Source: Ktedonobacterales bacterium (GTDB lineage Bacteria > Chloroflexota > Ktedonobacteria > Ktedonobacterales > JADMIN01). Taken from it: DNA of 40,218 nucleotides. The DNA lies in contig JAICSR010000002.1 of NCBI GenBank assembly GCA_025936795.1, forward strand, positions 1 to 40,218, written 5' to 3'. The translations under genes were made by a program, and so were the position numbers. Shown in pieces: positions 28,354 to 39,286 of this stretch; position 1 is the first letter of the stretch, and every line of letters starts with the position of its first letter. The notes under the pieces were generated by a model. The model was not told the origin of the DNA. It ran no database searches and worked only from the letters and a program-made list of their open reading frames with translations.

Positions 28354-28491
28354 GGGTGTGCGCTCATCTCCTGTTGGTGTGGTTCCGGCGCCGCTCGATG
28401 ATTCCGTGCGATGCGCTCTGCATCCAGATCATCTGCGGGGCATGCGAGCCGTTGTCTATGATACACCACTAGCCTCGCGGGCGGTGTGACG

Positions 28492-28884
28492 CTAGCGCTG
28501 CGCGCCAGGGGCGTAGCGCGGGTCGCTGCGCTGGCGCTCACGATTCTCCTCATTCTTGGCGACATAGGCGCGATAGACTTCCTCAGCGGAGAAGCCCTGG
28601 TCGAGCGCCAACTGGACCAGGAAGTGCAGGATGTCGGCTGTCTCCATCAGCCGCTGCTCGCGGTTGGCGTCGAGCGACTGCGGATTTTTCCACGGCTTCC
28701 AATTGAGTTCGTTGTCGAGTTCGCAGCACTCGTGGACGATGGAGCGGGTCCAGGTCGTGCAGCGCTCCAGCGGCGGCCAGCTATAGAAGCCATCTGGGCG
28801 CGTCTCGTGATAGTACTCAGCCAGCTCCGCCTGTCGCCGAAAGATGTCGTCAAGCTGGTCCTGGGGTCGCGGGTTGTCTACCAT
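28492..28884 (-). CDS. All-alpha NTP pyrophosphohydrolase-like protein (dimeric dUTPase / MazG superfamily)
   Basis: 130 aa from ATG 28884, with GAGGAG 13 nt upstream. The acidic motifs HECCELDNELNWKPWK and ETADILHF match the ExxE...WKxW / ExxD pattern. The longer ORF-track frame (to 29415) is rejected. Confidence 0.6.
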   Translation of the reverse strand: MVDNPRPQDQLDDIFRRQAELAEYYHETRPDGFYSWPPLERCTTWTRSIVHECCELDNELNWKPWKNPQSLDANREQRLMETADILHFLVQLALDQGFSAEEVYRAYVAKNEENRERQRSDPRYAPGAQR

Positions 28885-29186
28885 AGGGTTGCTGTCGCTC
28901 CTCTGCGCCGCTTCTGGCGCGCGGTGGAAATTCTGATAGCGAAACAGGTAGCAAAAATGGAGTATGCGCGCTGCTCCCAAATGGTGTATCGTATACACGC
29001 CAGAGACAACGGCGTCATGCCTGATTGGTTCTGATTGCTTCGCATCGCACGCTGTAACCCGCTCTCGTACCACCTGTAGGTAGAGTATCGCGCGTGGACG
29101 ACCGGCGATCAAACGTCGTCCACCAGTCGCCACTTTTGGCGCGCGGCGCGGTTGCTCTCTTTCGGGAGAGAACGGGGGACAGACGC

Positions 29187-29762
29187 ATGATGCTCCGGAG
29201 GGAGCCAGTGCAGCAGAATACCCCGGCGCAGACCGATGTCGCGCCTGCGGCTCCGGGTCTTCGCACGCTCTACGAGGCGACACTGCCGAGTGTCTTCCGC
29301 TACATTTACAGTAAGGTTGGCAACCGCGAAGAGGCGGAAGACCTGACCTCACAAGTCTACCTGAAGGCGCTGCGTGGGCTGGACGAAACCCGCGACGCCA
29401 ATGCCGCTCAGGCATGGTTGTTTCAGGTCGCGCGCACGACCATCGCGGACTACTGGCGCGGATTCTACCGCCTGCGCACTGGTTCGCTCGATGACCTGCT
29501 AGCGGCAGGATGGGACAGCCCGACTATCACAGGCGAACCTGCGACCGATCAGGGCGCGGCCACGCGCGCGGCGCAGATTCTCAGCCAATTGCCTGAGCGC
29601 TATCGCGAAGTGCTGAGCTATCGGTTTCTGCTGAACTTGTCGTTGAAAGAGACGGCGGCGCGGATGAATCTGACCGAAGCGAACGTCAAGGTGTTACAGT
29701 TTCGGGCGCTGAAAAAGGCCAGCCTGGTCGTTGAGCAGGATACAGTCGGCGGAGAGTCGTGA
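29187..29762 (+). CDS. ECF-type RNA polymerase sigma-70 family factor
   Basis: Region 2 (VFRYIYSKVGNREEAEDLTSQVYLKAL ... WLFQVARTTIADYWR) and region 4 (LPERYREVLSYRFLLNLSLKETAARMNLTEANVKVLQFRALKK). ATG 29187 has GGGGGA about 7 nt upstream. Confidence 0.88.
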   Translation: MMLRREPVQQNTPAQTDVAPAAPGLRTLYEATLPSVFRYIYSKVGNREEAEDLTSQVYLKALRGLDETRDANAAQAWLFQVARTTIADYWRGFYRLRTGSLDDLLAAGWDSPTITGEPATDQGAATRAAQILSQLPERYREVLSYRFLLNLSLKETAARMNLTEANVKVLQFRALKKASLVVEQDTVGGES

Positions 29763-29841
29763 TGAGTCGTGTTGTGCGGCGATTCGGGGCGAGTGGCGCG
29801 CAGTCTGCTCGCCGGAGACGGGTGCGGAGTACCAGGCGAAG

Positions 29842-30795
29842 ATGACATCAGATGATCAGCGTCCGCCTGAGAACAACGCACACCTGGAAGGCGATGACGC
29901 GGTGAGCGAGTTGGAGAGCGCGGAGCAGTACGTGCGAGCGCACGAACTGATCGAGAGCCTGCGCGCCGAGCGGCGCCCTGTGCGTGACGCAGGCTCCGAA
30001 GACGACGCTCGCCTGAGCGCGACCGCCGCGTTGCTGCATGCCGCCTCGCCGGAGAGCGAGAGCGGGGCGGTGGATCCCATCTTTGCGGCGCGCCTCTTTG
30101 CCCGTCTCGAAGCCGAGCAGGCGCGCCTGTCGGGCGAGTCAGCCCCCGCAGAGACGCCGACCGTAGCCGCGCTGACGACTCCAGCCGAAGCGGCGCCGCC
30201 AACCGAGGTGACCGAAACGACGAGTGGGCAGCCGCCACGGCCCAGGCGCGTGGGCGTCTCGCGGCGTGGGGTGCTGCTGGGTGGTCTGGGCGCAGCCGCA
30301 GCCGCCTTCGCTGGCGCTGGCGTGACCGCCGCGCTCGAACAGTCGGGCAAACAGCCACCTGCGACGCCACCAACCAGCGCGCTCGTGCCAGAGGGAGCGG
30401 GGATTTGGGTCGCGGTCGCCGCGCTCGACGCTGTGCCGAAGGGCGCCGTCAAGCGATTTGAGGCGGGCGCGGTCATCGGCTATCTGCAACATACCGCGAG
30501 CGGGTTTGTCGCGCTCTCTGGCGTCTGCACGCACATGGCCTGCCTGCTCCAGTGGAATAGCGGCGAGCAGACGTTTGATTGCCCTTGCCATGGCGGGCGC
30601 TTCCTGACGAGTGGCAAGGCGGCTCCAGGCGCCCTCTATCCCTATCCACCGCTGCCTGCAATTCAGACGAAGGTGGAGGCTGAGCAGGTCTGGGTCTACG
30701 TCACAGGTGGCGCAGTCAACGATCAGTTTCCACCGAGCGAGGCGACCTCAACGACGCGGAACTATGGCGCGACTGGCCCGCTGGATGTGAAGTGA
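29842..30795 (+). CDS. Membrane-anchored Rieske [2Fe-2S] protein with a long cytoplasmic N-terminal region (putative anti-sigma factor)
   Basis: Rieske boxes CTHMAC (30526-30543) and CPCHGG (30580-30597). SRRGVLLGG plus one TM span lies at 30262-30336. The start is ambiguous (ATG 29842, or 29731 overlapping the sigma gene). Confidence 0.8.
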   Translation: MTSDDQRPPENNAHLEGDDAVSELESAEQYVRAHELIESLRAERRPVRDAGSEDDARLSATAALLHAASPESESGAVDPIFAARLFARLEAEQARLSGESAPAETPTVAALTTPAEAAPPTEVTETTSGQPPRPRRVGVSRRGVLLGGLGAAAAAFAGAGVTAALEQSGKQPPATPPTSALVPEGAGIWVAVAALDAVPKGAVKRFEAGAVIGYLQHTASGFVALSGVCTHMACLLQWNSGEQTFDCPCHGGRFLTSGKAAPGALYPYPPLPAIQTKVEAEQVWVYVTGGAVNDQFPPSEATSTTRNYGATGPLDVK

Positions 30796-30892
30796 CGATG
30801 ACGTGGCGGCGCGGCGATACAATCGAGGTGGGCGCGCTTCTGTGGCAGGCTGTGTGAGCCTCGCAATGCGCGCGCCTTCAGGAGATGGCAGC

Positions 30893-31426
30893 ATGAGCGC
30901 CACGCGCGAGAACCTGAGCCAGGCGGAAGGCGCGGCTGATGGCGCGGCTGATGGCGGCGACGTGGCCATGCGCTCGCGACGGGCCAGGGCGTCTGTGCGC
31001 TGGCTGGCCGTGCTGGTAGCGCTGGTGGTGGTGGCTGTGCTGGCGCTAGGATCGCTGGCGGATGCGCTAGGCGCCACATCGCCGCAGCAGACGACGCAGG
31101 GCGCGCTGACGCAGCAGGTAGGACGCTCCACTGTTTCGCTGACGATCATCATGGCGCCACAGGCCGCGAACCAGACGGAGGCGCTCGAAGCGCAGGTGGT
31201 GGATGCGTCGGGCGACGCGGTGGGCGGGGCGCGCGTGCAGTGCGCGCTGAGCATGCCGACGATGGCGATGGCGCTGCCGCCCATCACCGCGACGCCGATG
31301 GAGCAGCCGGGGCGCTATCGTTGCGCCGCTCAGGCGCTGACGTCGGGGGCATGGAGTCTGGCGCTGACGCTCACGTTGCCTTCAGGCGAAACCGATCACG
31401 CGACGTTTGACTTTGTCGTCGCGTGA
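30893..31426 (+). CDS. Single-pass membrane protein with a Met-rich YtkA/FixH-like C-terminal domain
   Basis: ATG 30893 has AGGAG 8 nt upstream, and GTG 30803 is the longest alternative. One TM span (WLAVLVALVVVAVLALG). The motifs MPTMAMALPP, GRYRC and GAWSLALTLTL resemble YtkA/FixH-type domains. This pattern-level call needs an HMM check. Confidence 0.6.
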   Translation: MSATRENLSQAEGAADGAADGGDVAMRSRRARASVRWLAVLVALVVVAVLALGSLADALGATSPQQTTQGALTQQVGRSTVSLTIIMAPQAANQTEALEAQVVDASGDAVGGARVQCALSMPTMAMALPPITATPMEQPGRYRCAAQALTSGAWSLALTLTLPSGETDHATFDFVVA

Positions 31427-31459
31427 TCGGTCTCCGTTCGAAGCCGCGAAGCGCCGTGA

Positions 31460-31816
31460 CTAGATGCCTAGCTCCCAGCGCGCGTCCTCAGTCATGCGCT
31501 CTGGCGTCCACATCGGCTCGAAGGTCAGGTCAACCTCGCACGATTCGACGCCGGGCGTCTCGGTGACGCGGCCCTGCACCTCGGCCATCACCTCAGGGGC
31601 GACGGGGCAGCCGATAGCCGTCAGGGTCATGACAATATTGACCTTGCCGCCCTCGATCCGAATCTGGTAGATCAGTCCGAGGTCTACGACGTTGACGGGA
31701 ATCTCAGGGTCATAGCACTGGCGTAGCGCTTCGAGCACCGCCTCGCCATCTACGGGTGAGTCGCCAACTTTCTCGACTTGCTCAGGAGTCTGGATACTTT
31801 GCACCGTCTGGTCCAT
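31460..31816 (-). CDS. DUF59 / SufT-like Fe-S assembly family protein
   Basis: Motifs DPEIPVNVVDLGLIY and MTLTAIGCPVAPEV. The stop is fixed at 31460. The start could be ATG 31816 (GAAGG upstream), 31837 or 31891. Confidence 0.8.
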   Translation of the reverse strand: MDQTVQSIQTPEQVEKVGDSPVDGEAVLEALRQCYDPEIPVNVVDLGLIYQIRIEGGKVNIVMTLTAIGCPVAPEVMAEVQGRVTETPGVESCEVDLTFEPMWTPERMTEDARWELGI

Positions 31817-31999
31817 CTTGGGTATCGCCTTCATCATGCTAGCTCTGCCGCCTGTCCAGACGACGGAGCTTGGGAGTATTTCAGGTGTCATCTACACTAT
31901 ACCTGTCGCTCAGGCTGATGGTCAAAGACGCCATGGCAGGGCGCGAGGGTACGCTGGTAAACGAGTGTTGAAGCGAGCGAGACGAAGGGGCATGGAGTG

Positions 32000-32428
32000 A
32001 TGGCGAGCTGCCGAGGTGTGCGTGGGGCGACCACCGCCAGCGCAAATGAGCGCGAGGCGATTCTGGAGGCGACGCGCGAGTTGTTGCAGCGGCTGGTGAC
32101 GCGCAATCAGCTTGCCGCTGAGGATATCGCCGCAGCCTTTTTCACGGTCAGTGATGATCTGAATGCCGAATATCCGGCGCTGGCGGCGCGTCAGTTGGGG
32201 TGGACGGAGACGGCGCTGATGTGCGCGCGCGAGATTCCCGTACCATCCACGAGCGTGCAGCGCTGCATTCGCGTGCTGATGCTCGTCAACACCGAGAAAC
32301 GCTCCAGCGAGATCGTGCATGTCTATCTCCGGGAGGCGGTCGCGCTGCGCCCCACGCGCGCGGACATCTCGGTCGAAGCGGGGCCGTCGCCGACGGATGA
32401 AGTGGCTGCGCAGCCGGGCGAGGAGTGA
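32000..32428 (+). CDS. aroH: AroH-type chorismate mutase
   Basis: N-terminal RGVRGATT plus CIRVLMLVNT and HVYLREAVALRP, matching the Bacillus AroH pattern. GAAGGGG lies 9 nt upstream of the ATG. GTG 31997 is an alternative start. Confidence 0.85.
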   Translation: MASCRGVRGATTASANEREAILEATRELLQRLVTRNQLAAEDIAAAFFTVSDDLNAEYPALAARQLGWTETALMCAREIPVPSTSVQRCIRVLMLVNTEKRSSEIVHVYLREAVALRPTRADISVEAGPSPTDEVAAQPGEE

Positions 32429-32458
32429 CGGGCGGCGATGGCCAATCCGGCTGTGTTC

Positions 32459-32488
32459 TTGCGGCCCCTGCGGACAGACGTGTACTAT
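32459..32488 (+). promoter_or_regulatory. Candidate promoter upstream of dnaA
   Basis: TTGCGG (32459-32464), an 18-nt spacer, then TACTAT (32483-32488) preceded by TG. It lies about 105 nt upstream of the dnaA GTG. Confidence 0.3.
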
Positions 32489-32594
32489 AACGCTTACCTC
32501 CGTCGCGGCGGAAGGCTTCCGCGCGCCGACAGACGCGCCGTGTTGGCCAGACGTGGGACGAGTGGGCGCATTTGGTGAGCGACGGGGATATGTA

Positions 32595-34487
32595 GTGAGT
32601 AATGCGCATGTCTGGCGTGCGGCTCTGGGCCGATTGCAACGTGAAGTGACGGGGGCGCAGCTCAATACCTGGCTGCGTGGCGCGCAGCTTGTCACCGTCG
32701 GCGGCGGCGTGGCGACCGTGCATGTGCGCTCGACCTTCGAGCGCGAGCTGATTGAGTCGCGCTATCACGATCTGATCGAGCGTGCGCTGAGTGACGTGAT
32801 CGGCGCTCCTGTGCGGCTCACCATCGCCACGGCGCCGGGCGGCGCGTTGAGCGACCGCACGCACGCTGCGCGCGCATCTGGCGGCGCACGCGCTGAGACC
32901 CCGCAGCCGACCTACGCCCGACCACTCTTCCTGCTGGCGGATGAAGCGGCTGAGGCCGACAACTTGAGCGATGTTCCACTGAGCGCGGCAGAGACGCCGT
33001 CGAGCGGACATACGCACGGCGAGGCGCTGCGGTCGCCGATGCAGCGCATCCCTGAGTCGCCGGTCATCGCGATGAGCGCGAGCGACGCTTCACGAGACGC
33101 CGAGCGCGCACGCTCGCAAGAAGCATGGCATCTCGCGCGCGGAAGCGTGACCACAGGCGCTCGACAAACGACCAATGGAGAGAGCGGTTCATCGCCATAC
33201 ATCAACGCCGCGCCGTCTGCGCTACCATCGAGACGGCGTGATGGCGTCGAAGGCGACGCCAATCGAGCGCAGCTTCCTCCTGGTGGTCCCTCCGCGCGGC
33301 GGAACGTGGCAGGCGAGATGACGAGCATGAATGATGAGACGCGCAGACGCGACGACGATGCGAACGAGCCTGAGCCTGATGAGGGCGCTGGCCAGCGGCC
33401 ATTTCCCTTTGGCGCGCCGCGCTCTGACCGTGACGCGAGCGACGCGACCAATGGCGTCGCGCCGCTGACCCCGCCGCGCCTGAATCAGCGCTACACCTTC
33501 TCCACATTCATCGTCGGCAGTGGCAACCAACTCGCCCACGCCGCCTCGCAGGCGGTCGCCGACGCGCCCGGCTACGCCTACAATCCGCTCTTCCTCTACG
33601 GCGGCGTGGGCCTGGGCAAGACGCATCTGCTGCATGCGATTGGCCACACCGCCATCGAGCGCAATCTGACGGTGCTCTACGTCTCGTCTGAGACGTTTAC
33701 GAACGAGATCGTCAACGCAATCCTCTATCGCAAGACCGAGGAGTTTCGCGCCAAATATCGCTCAGTGGATCTGCTGCTGGTGGATGATATTCAGTTCATC
33801 GCGGGCAAAGACTCGACCGAGGAAGAGTTCTTCCACACATTCAATAGCCTGTATGAGTCGAATCGGCAGATCGTCATCTGTAGCGACCGGCCACCAAAGG
33901 CGATTGTCAGCCTGGAGGAGCGCCTGCGCTCGCGCTTCGAGTGGGGGCTGATCGCCGACATTCAGCCGCCAGACCTGGAGACGCGCATCGCGATTCTGCG
34001 CGCCAAGGCCGAGCTGATCGGACACCGCACGCCTGACGACATCATCCTGTATGTCGCCAATCGCGTGCAGAGTAACATCCGTGAACTGGAGGGCAGCCTC
34101 AATCGCGTGCTAGCCTTCGCGGAACTGCAAGGGCTGCCGATGACGATTGAGACGGCGAAGGCGGCGATGGCGAGCCTGGCGACCGACACGCGCCAGCGGC
34201 GGGTCAGCATTGAAGACGTGCTCAACGCCGTGGCGGAGTATTATCGTATCCAGGTGGAAGATCTGAAGGGCAAGCAGCGCGACAAGCATATCGTCATGCC
34301 TCGGCATGTGGCGATGTATCTGATGCGCCAGGAGACCGACGCCTCGCTGCTGGAGATTGGCCAGGCGCTGGGCGGGCGCGACCACAGCACGGTGCTGCAT
34401 GCCTGCGAAAAAATCACGCGCGAGGTGAATGAGAATACCTCGTTGCGCAAGGAAGTGCTGGCCATCCGGCAACAGTTGTTAGGATAA
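32595..34487 (+). CDS. dnaA: Chromosomal replication initiator DnaA with an extended domain II linker
   Basis: Domain I ([22 protein letters not shown]), AAA+ Walker [22 protein letters not shown], and domain IV ([23 protein letters not shown]). The start is placed at GTG 32595 with GGGGA 6 nt upstream. The rest of the ORF-track frame overlaps aroH. Confidence 0.92.
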   Translation: MSNAHVWRAALGRLQREVTGAQLNTWLRGAQLVTVGGGVATVHVRSTFERELIESRYHDLIERALSDVIGAPVRLTIATAPGGALSDRTHAARASGGARAETPQPTYARPLFLLADEAAEADNLSDVPLSAAETPSSGHTHGEALRSPMQRIPESPVIAMSASDASRDAERARSQEAWHLARGSVTTGARQTTNGESGSSPYINAAPSALPSRRRDGVEGDANRAQLPPGGPSARRNVAGEMTSMNDETRRRDDDANEPEPDEGAGQRPFPFGAPRSDRDASDATNGVAPLTPPRLNQRYTFSTFIVGSGNQLAHAASQAVADAPGYAYNPLFLYGGVGLGKTHLLHAIGHTAIERNLTVLYVSSETFTNEIVNAILYRKTEEFRAKYRSVDLLLVDDIQFIAGKDSTEEEFFHTFNSLYESNRQIVICSDRPPKAIVSLEERLRSRFEWGLIADIQPPDLETRIAILRAKAELIGHRTPDDIILYVANRVQSNIRELEGSLNRVLAFAELQGLPMTIETAKAAMASLATDTRQRRVSIEDVLNAVAEYYRIQVEDLKGKQRDKHIVMPRHVAMYLMRQETDASLLEIGQALGGRDHSTVLHACEKITREVNENTSLRKEVLAIRQQLLG

Positions 34488-34495
34488 CGCGCGGC

Positions 34496-35326
34496 ATGGG
34501 TCAACCAGCCTCTCTCGCCGATTACTCGGCGTATCTGCTCGATCTCGACGGCGTGGTCTATCGCGGCGAGTTGCTGCTGCCGGGCGCGCGCGAGCTGGTG
34601 GAGTGGATCGACGGTACGGGCCGCAAGGTCGCGTTTGTCTCGAATAATTCATTCGCGACGGTCGAGGAAGTGACCGAGAAGCTGGCCCGCCTGGGGGCGC
34701 CATCGCCGCAGGGGCGCGTGGTGACGGCGGGCTGGGCCACCATCAGCGTGATTGCGCAGCGCTTCCCAGGCGGGCGTGTCTTCCCGCTGACTGGCCCTTC
34801 GATGGTAACGATGGTGCGCGCCGCTGGGCTGCGCCCCGTCTGGTTGGAGGCTGAGGACGGCCCGACGCCTGACGCGGTGCTGATTGGCCTCGACCGCACG
34901 CTGACCTACGAGCGGCTGGCCCGCGCGCTGGATGCAGCGCTGGCGGGCGCGACGCTCTTCGCCGTCAATCGTGATCCGCGGCTGCCAGTCGAGCAGGGCT
35001 TCAGACCGGGGACAGGCGCCGTGGTGGCCGCCGTCGAGGCCGCCGCTGGCAGGCAGGCGGAGATGATCGGCAAACCGGCGCCGGGTATCCTGCTCCAGTC
35101 GTTGCAGTTGCTCGGCGCGCAGTCGACGCAGACACTGATGGTGGGCGATGGCCTCGATCTCGATATCGTGGCAGGACATGCGGCTGGTGTGGCGACGGCG
35201 CTCATGCTGAGCGGGCTTACCTCAGCGGACGAGGCGGCGCGGGCCACAGGCGTCCGCAAGCCGGACTATATCTTCGACGATCTGGCCGGGTTGCTGGCGG
35301 CGACACGGAAAGCGCAGGTCCAGTGA
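34496..35326 (+). CDS. HAD-IIA family hydrolase (NagD-like sugar/nucleotide phosphatase)
   Basis: Motifs YLLDLDGVVYRG, FVSNNS, IGKPAP and VGDGLDLDI. Starts 8 nt after the dnaA stop. Confidence 0.85.
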   Translation: MGQPASLADYSAYLLDLDGVVYRGELLLPGARELVEWIDGTGRKVAFVSNNSFATVEEVTEKLARLGAPSPQGRVVTAGWATISVIAQRFPGGRVFPLTGPSMVTMVRAAGLRPVWLEAEDGPTPDAVLIGLDRTLTYERLARALDAALAGATLFAVNRDPRLPVEQGFRPGTGAVVAAVEAAAGRQAEMIGKPAPGILLQSLQLLGAQSTQTLMVGDGLDLDIVAGHAAGVATALMLSGLTSADEAARATGVRKPDYIFDDLAGLLAATRKAQVQ

Positions 35327-35397
35327 GTTTCTCTGTGTGCCTGCTGAGATGGAAGCGCTGGCTGGCCCTGAACTTGCAGGCAGCACGGTTGATGAGC

Positions 35398-35426
35398 TTG
35401 CCAATGCGACACACCTATGTTACACT
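35398..35426 (+). promoter_or_regulatory. Candidate sigma-70-type promoter for hppA
   Basis: TTGCCA (35398-35403), a 17-nt spacer, then TACACT (35421-35426) preceded by TGT (extended -10). It implies a leader of about 260 nt. Confidence 0.45.
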
Positions 35427-35690
35427 CGCTGTGGTGTGCGCTCTGGCGCATTCGCGTCTGTGACAGCCTGCATGGCATGTGGGTAGTTTCCGCGATGACC
35501 GGGATCCCCAGACGAGCGATGCTGCGGGCGCGTCGGCTCTCGTTCCCCCACTGAACGTTCGCACTCGTTCTCTCCAGAAGTATCGGTGGTGTGGTGAGCG
35601 CTTTCGCGTTGCGTCTATCGCCCGGCCCTGCCTCAACGCAGTGCAGCGTCGTCTAGCTTGATCGAGGTACTCAGGAGGGCAAAGGCACTC

Positions 35691-37970
<2,280 letters not shown>

Positions 37971-38032
37971 TCCGCGCACGACGCCGCTAGCGCTCCTGAG
38001 GCTAGCCTGGCGCCTGACCGCACGACACAATA

Positions 38033-38068
38033 CACTGGCCTGTTGTAGACTGCTACAGCAGGCCAGTG
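38033..38068 (+). terminator. Strong hairpin downstream of hppA (possible terminator, no clear U-tract)
   Basis: A 16-bp stem, cactggcctgttgtag (38033-38048) pairing with ctacagcaggccagtg (38053-38068, one G-U pair), with loop actg. It is followed by gtgtgtctg. Confidence 0.45.
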
Positions 38069-38138
38069 GTGTGTCTGCGGCTCTGGCGTATTGCGCGTCG
38101 GTGAAGCAAGTCGAGCGAATCGAGCGGATAGGCGAACT

Positions 38139-39239
38139 ATGCTGAGGCGAGGTTTCGCGCTGTGTCTGCTGCTCTGCCTGGCGCTGGCGGGCTGCGGCGT
38201 GACGACAGCAGGTGGGGCAAGCAGCGTCACAGGCGGCGGCGCTTCGGCGCCTGCGCCGCAGCCGACCAGCGCAGCGACGGCCACATGCGCGGCTGGCGGT
38301 GGCTGTGGCGCGACGGCGACAAGCGGAGCGATGGGCGTGCAGCTATTTGTTGAGCCTGCCGCCGGTGAGACGCCGATCTTGCATGCGATTGAGGCCGCGC
38401 AGACATCGGTGTGGGTCGAGGTCTATCTACTGACCGACGCCAATGTCATCCATGCGCTGGAGGACGCCGCTCAGCGGGGCGTGGATGTGCGCGTGCTGCT
38501 GGAGCCAAATCCCTATGGCAGTGGCGCGACCAGTCCGGCGCAGACGCTGCAAGAGTTGCAGGCGGCAGGTGTGCAGGCCAAAGGCGCTGATCCCGCGTTC
38601 CACTACACGCACGAGAAGGCGCTCATCATAGATGGCGCGACGCTGTTCATCCTGACAGCCAACCTCACCAAGTCTGGCCTGGGTGGCACATCCTACGCCG
38701 CGAATCGCGAGTATGGCGTGATTGACACCACTGCGGCGGATGTGGCGGAGGCGACGAGCATCTTCCAGGCTGACTGGCAGCGCACGATGCCGACGCTCAC
38801 AGATCCGAACCTGATCGTCAGTCCAGTGAATGCGCGGGCGCGGCTGGAAGCCTTCATCGCGGGCGCGCATGCGACACTGCTGGTCGAGGATGAGGAAATG
38901 CTTGATACGCAATCGGAGGATGCGTTGATCGCAGCGGCGCAACGCGGGGTGAATGTCGAGGTGATCTTACCGGCGCCCGCTGGCTCGTCATCGAGCGCGG
39001 ATTCAGATGTGACACGGCTGCTACACGGCGGCGCGCATGTGCGCTACATTGCGATTGTCTACATGCACGCGAAGATGTTGCTGGCCGATGATCAGCTTGC
39101 CTTTGTCGGGTCGGAGAACTTCTCGGCGACCTCGCTGGATGACAACCGCGAGCTTGGCATCATGATTGCCGACCCAGCAGTGCTTGCGACGTTGAATCAG
39201 ACGTTTCAGCAGGATTGGTCGAGCGCGCAGGCGGCGTGA
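38139..39239 (+). CDS. Phospholipase D-family lipoprotein with two HKD motifs
   Basis: Lipobox LALAGC after MLRRGFALCLLLC. HKD motifs HEKALIIDGATLFILTANLT and HAKMLLADDQLAFVGSENFS. The start is set at ATG 38139. Confidence 0.85.
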   Translation: MLRRGFALCLLLCLALAGCGVTTAGGASSVTGGGASAPAPQPTSAATATCAAGGGCGATATSGAMGVQLFVEPAAGETPILHAIEAAQTSVWVEVYLLTDANVIHALEDAAQRGVDVRVLLEPNPYGSGATSPAQTLQELQAAGVQAKGADPAFHYTHEKALIIDGATLFILTANLTKSGLGGTSYAANREYGVIDTTAADVAEATSIFQADWQRTMPTLTDPNLIVSPVNARARLEAFIAGAHATLLVEDEEMLDTQSEDALIAAAQRGVNVEVILPAPAGSSSSADSDVTRLLHGGAHVRYIAIVYMHAKMLLADDQLAFVGSENFSATSLDDNRELGIMIADPAVLATLNQTFQQDWSSAQAA

Positions 39240-39286
39240 GGTGATCGGCGCCGCCTACGCGCGGCGCTGAGAGAGGAGACACGGCA

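Noticed and set aside
28885-29415. N-terminal 177-codon extension of the 28492-29415 minus-strand ORF
   Set aside because: The extension is Arg/Pro/Ala-rich, crosses the AT-richer promoter spacer and overlaps the ECF sigma gene on the other strand. The conserved NTP-pyrophosphatase-like part begins at ATG 28884, which has its own GAGGAG.
31427-31459. tRNA-like ttcgaa word between the convergent YtkA-like and DUF59 genes
   Set aside because: The spacer is only 33 nt and lacks acceptor, D or anticodon arms. No tRNA-like cloverleaf was seen anywhere in the window.
35479-35661. 60-codon GTG ORF inside the hppA leader
   Set aside because: No RBS, an Arg-rich composition, and it ends next to the hppA start region. 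More likely non-coding leader.
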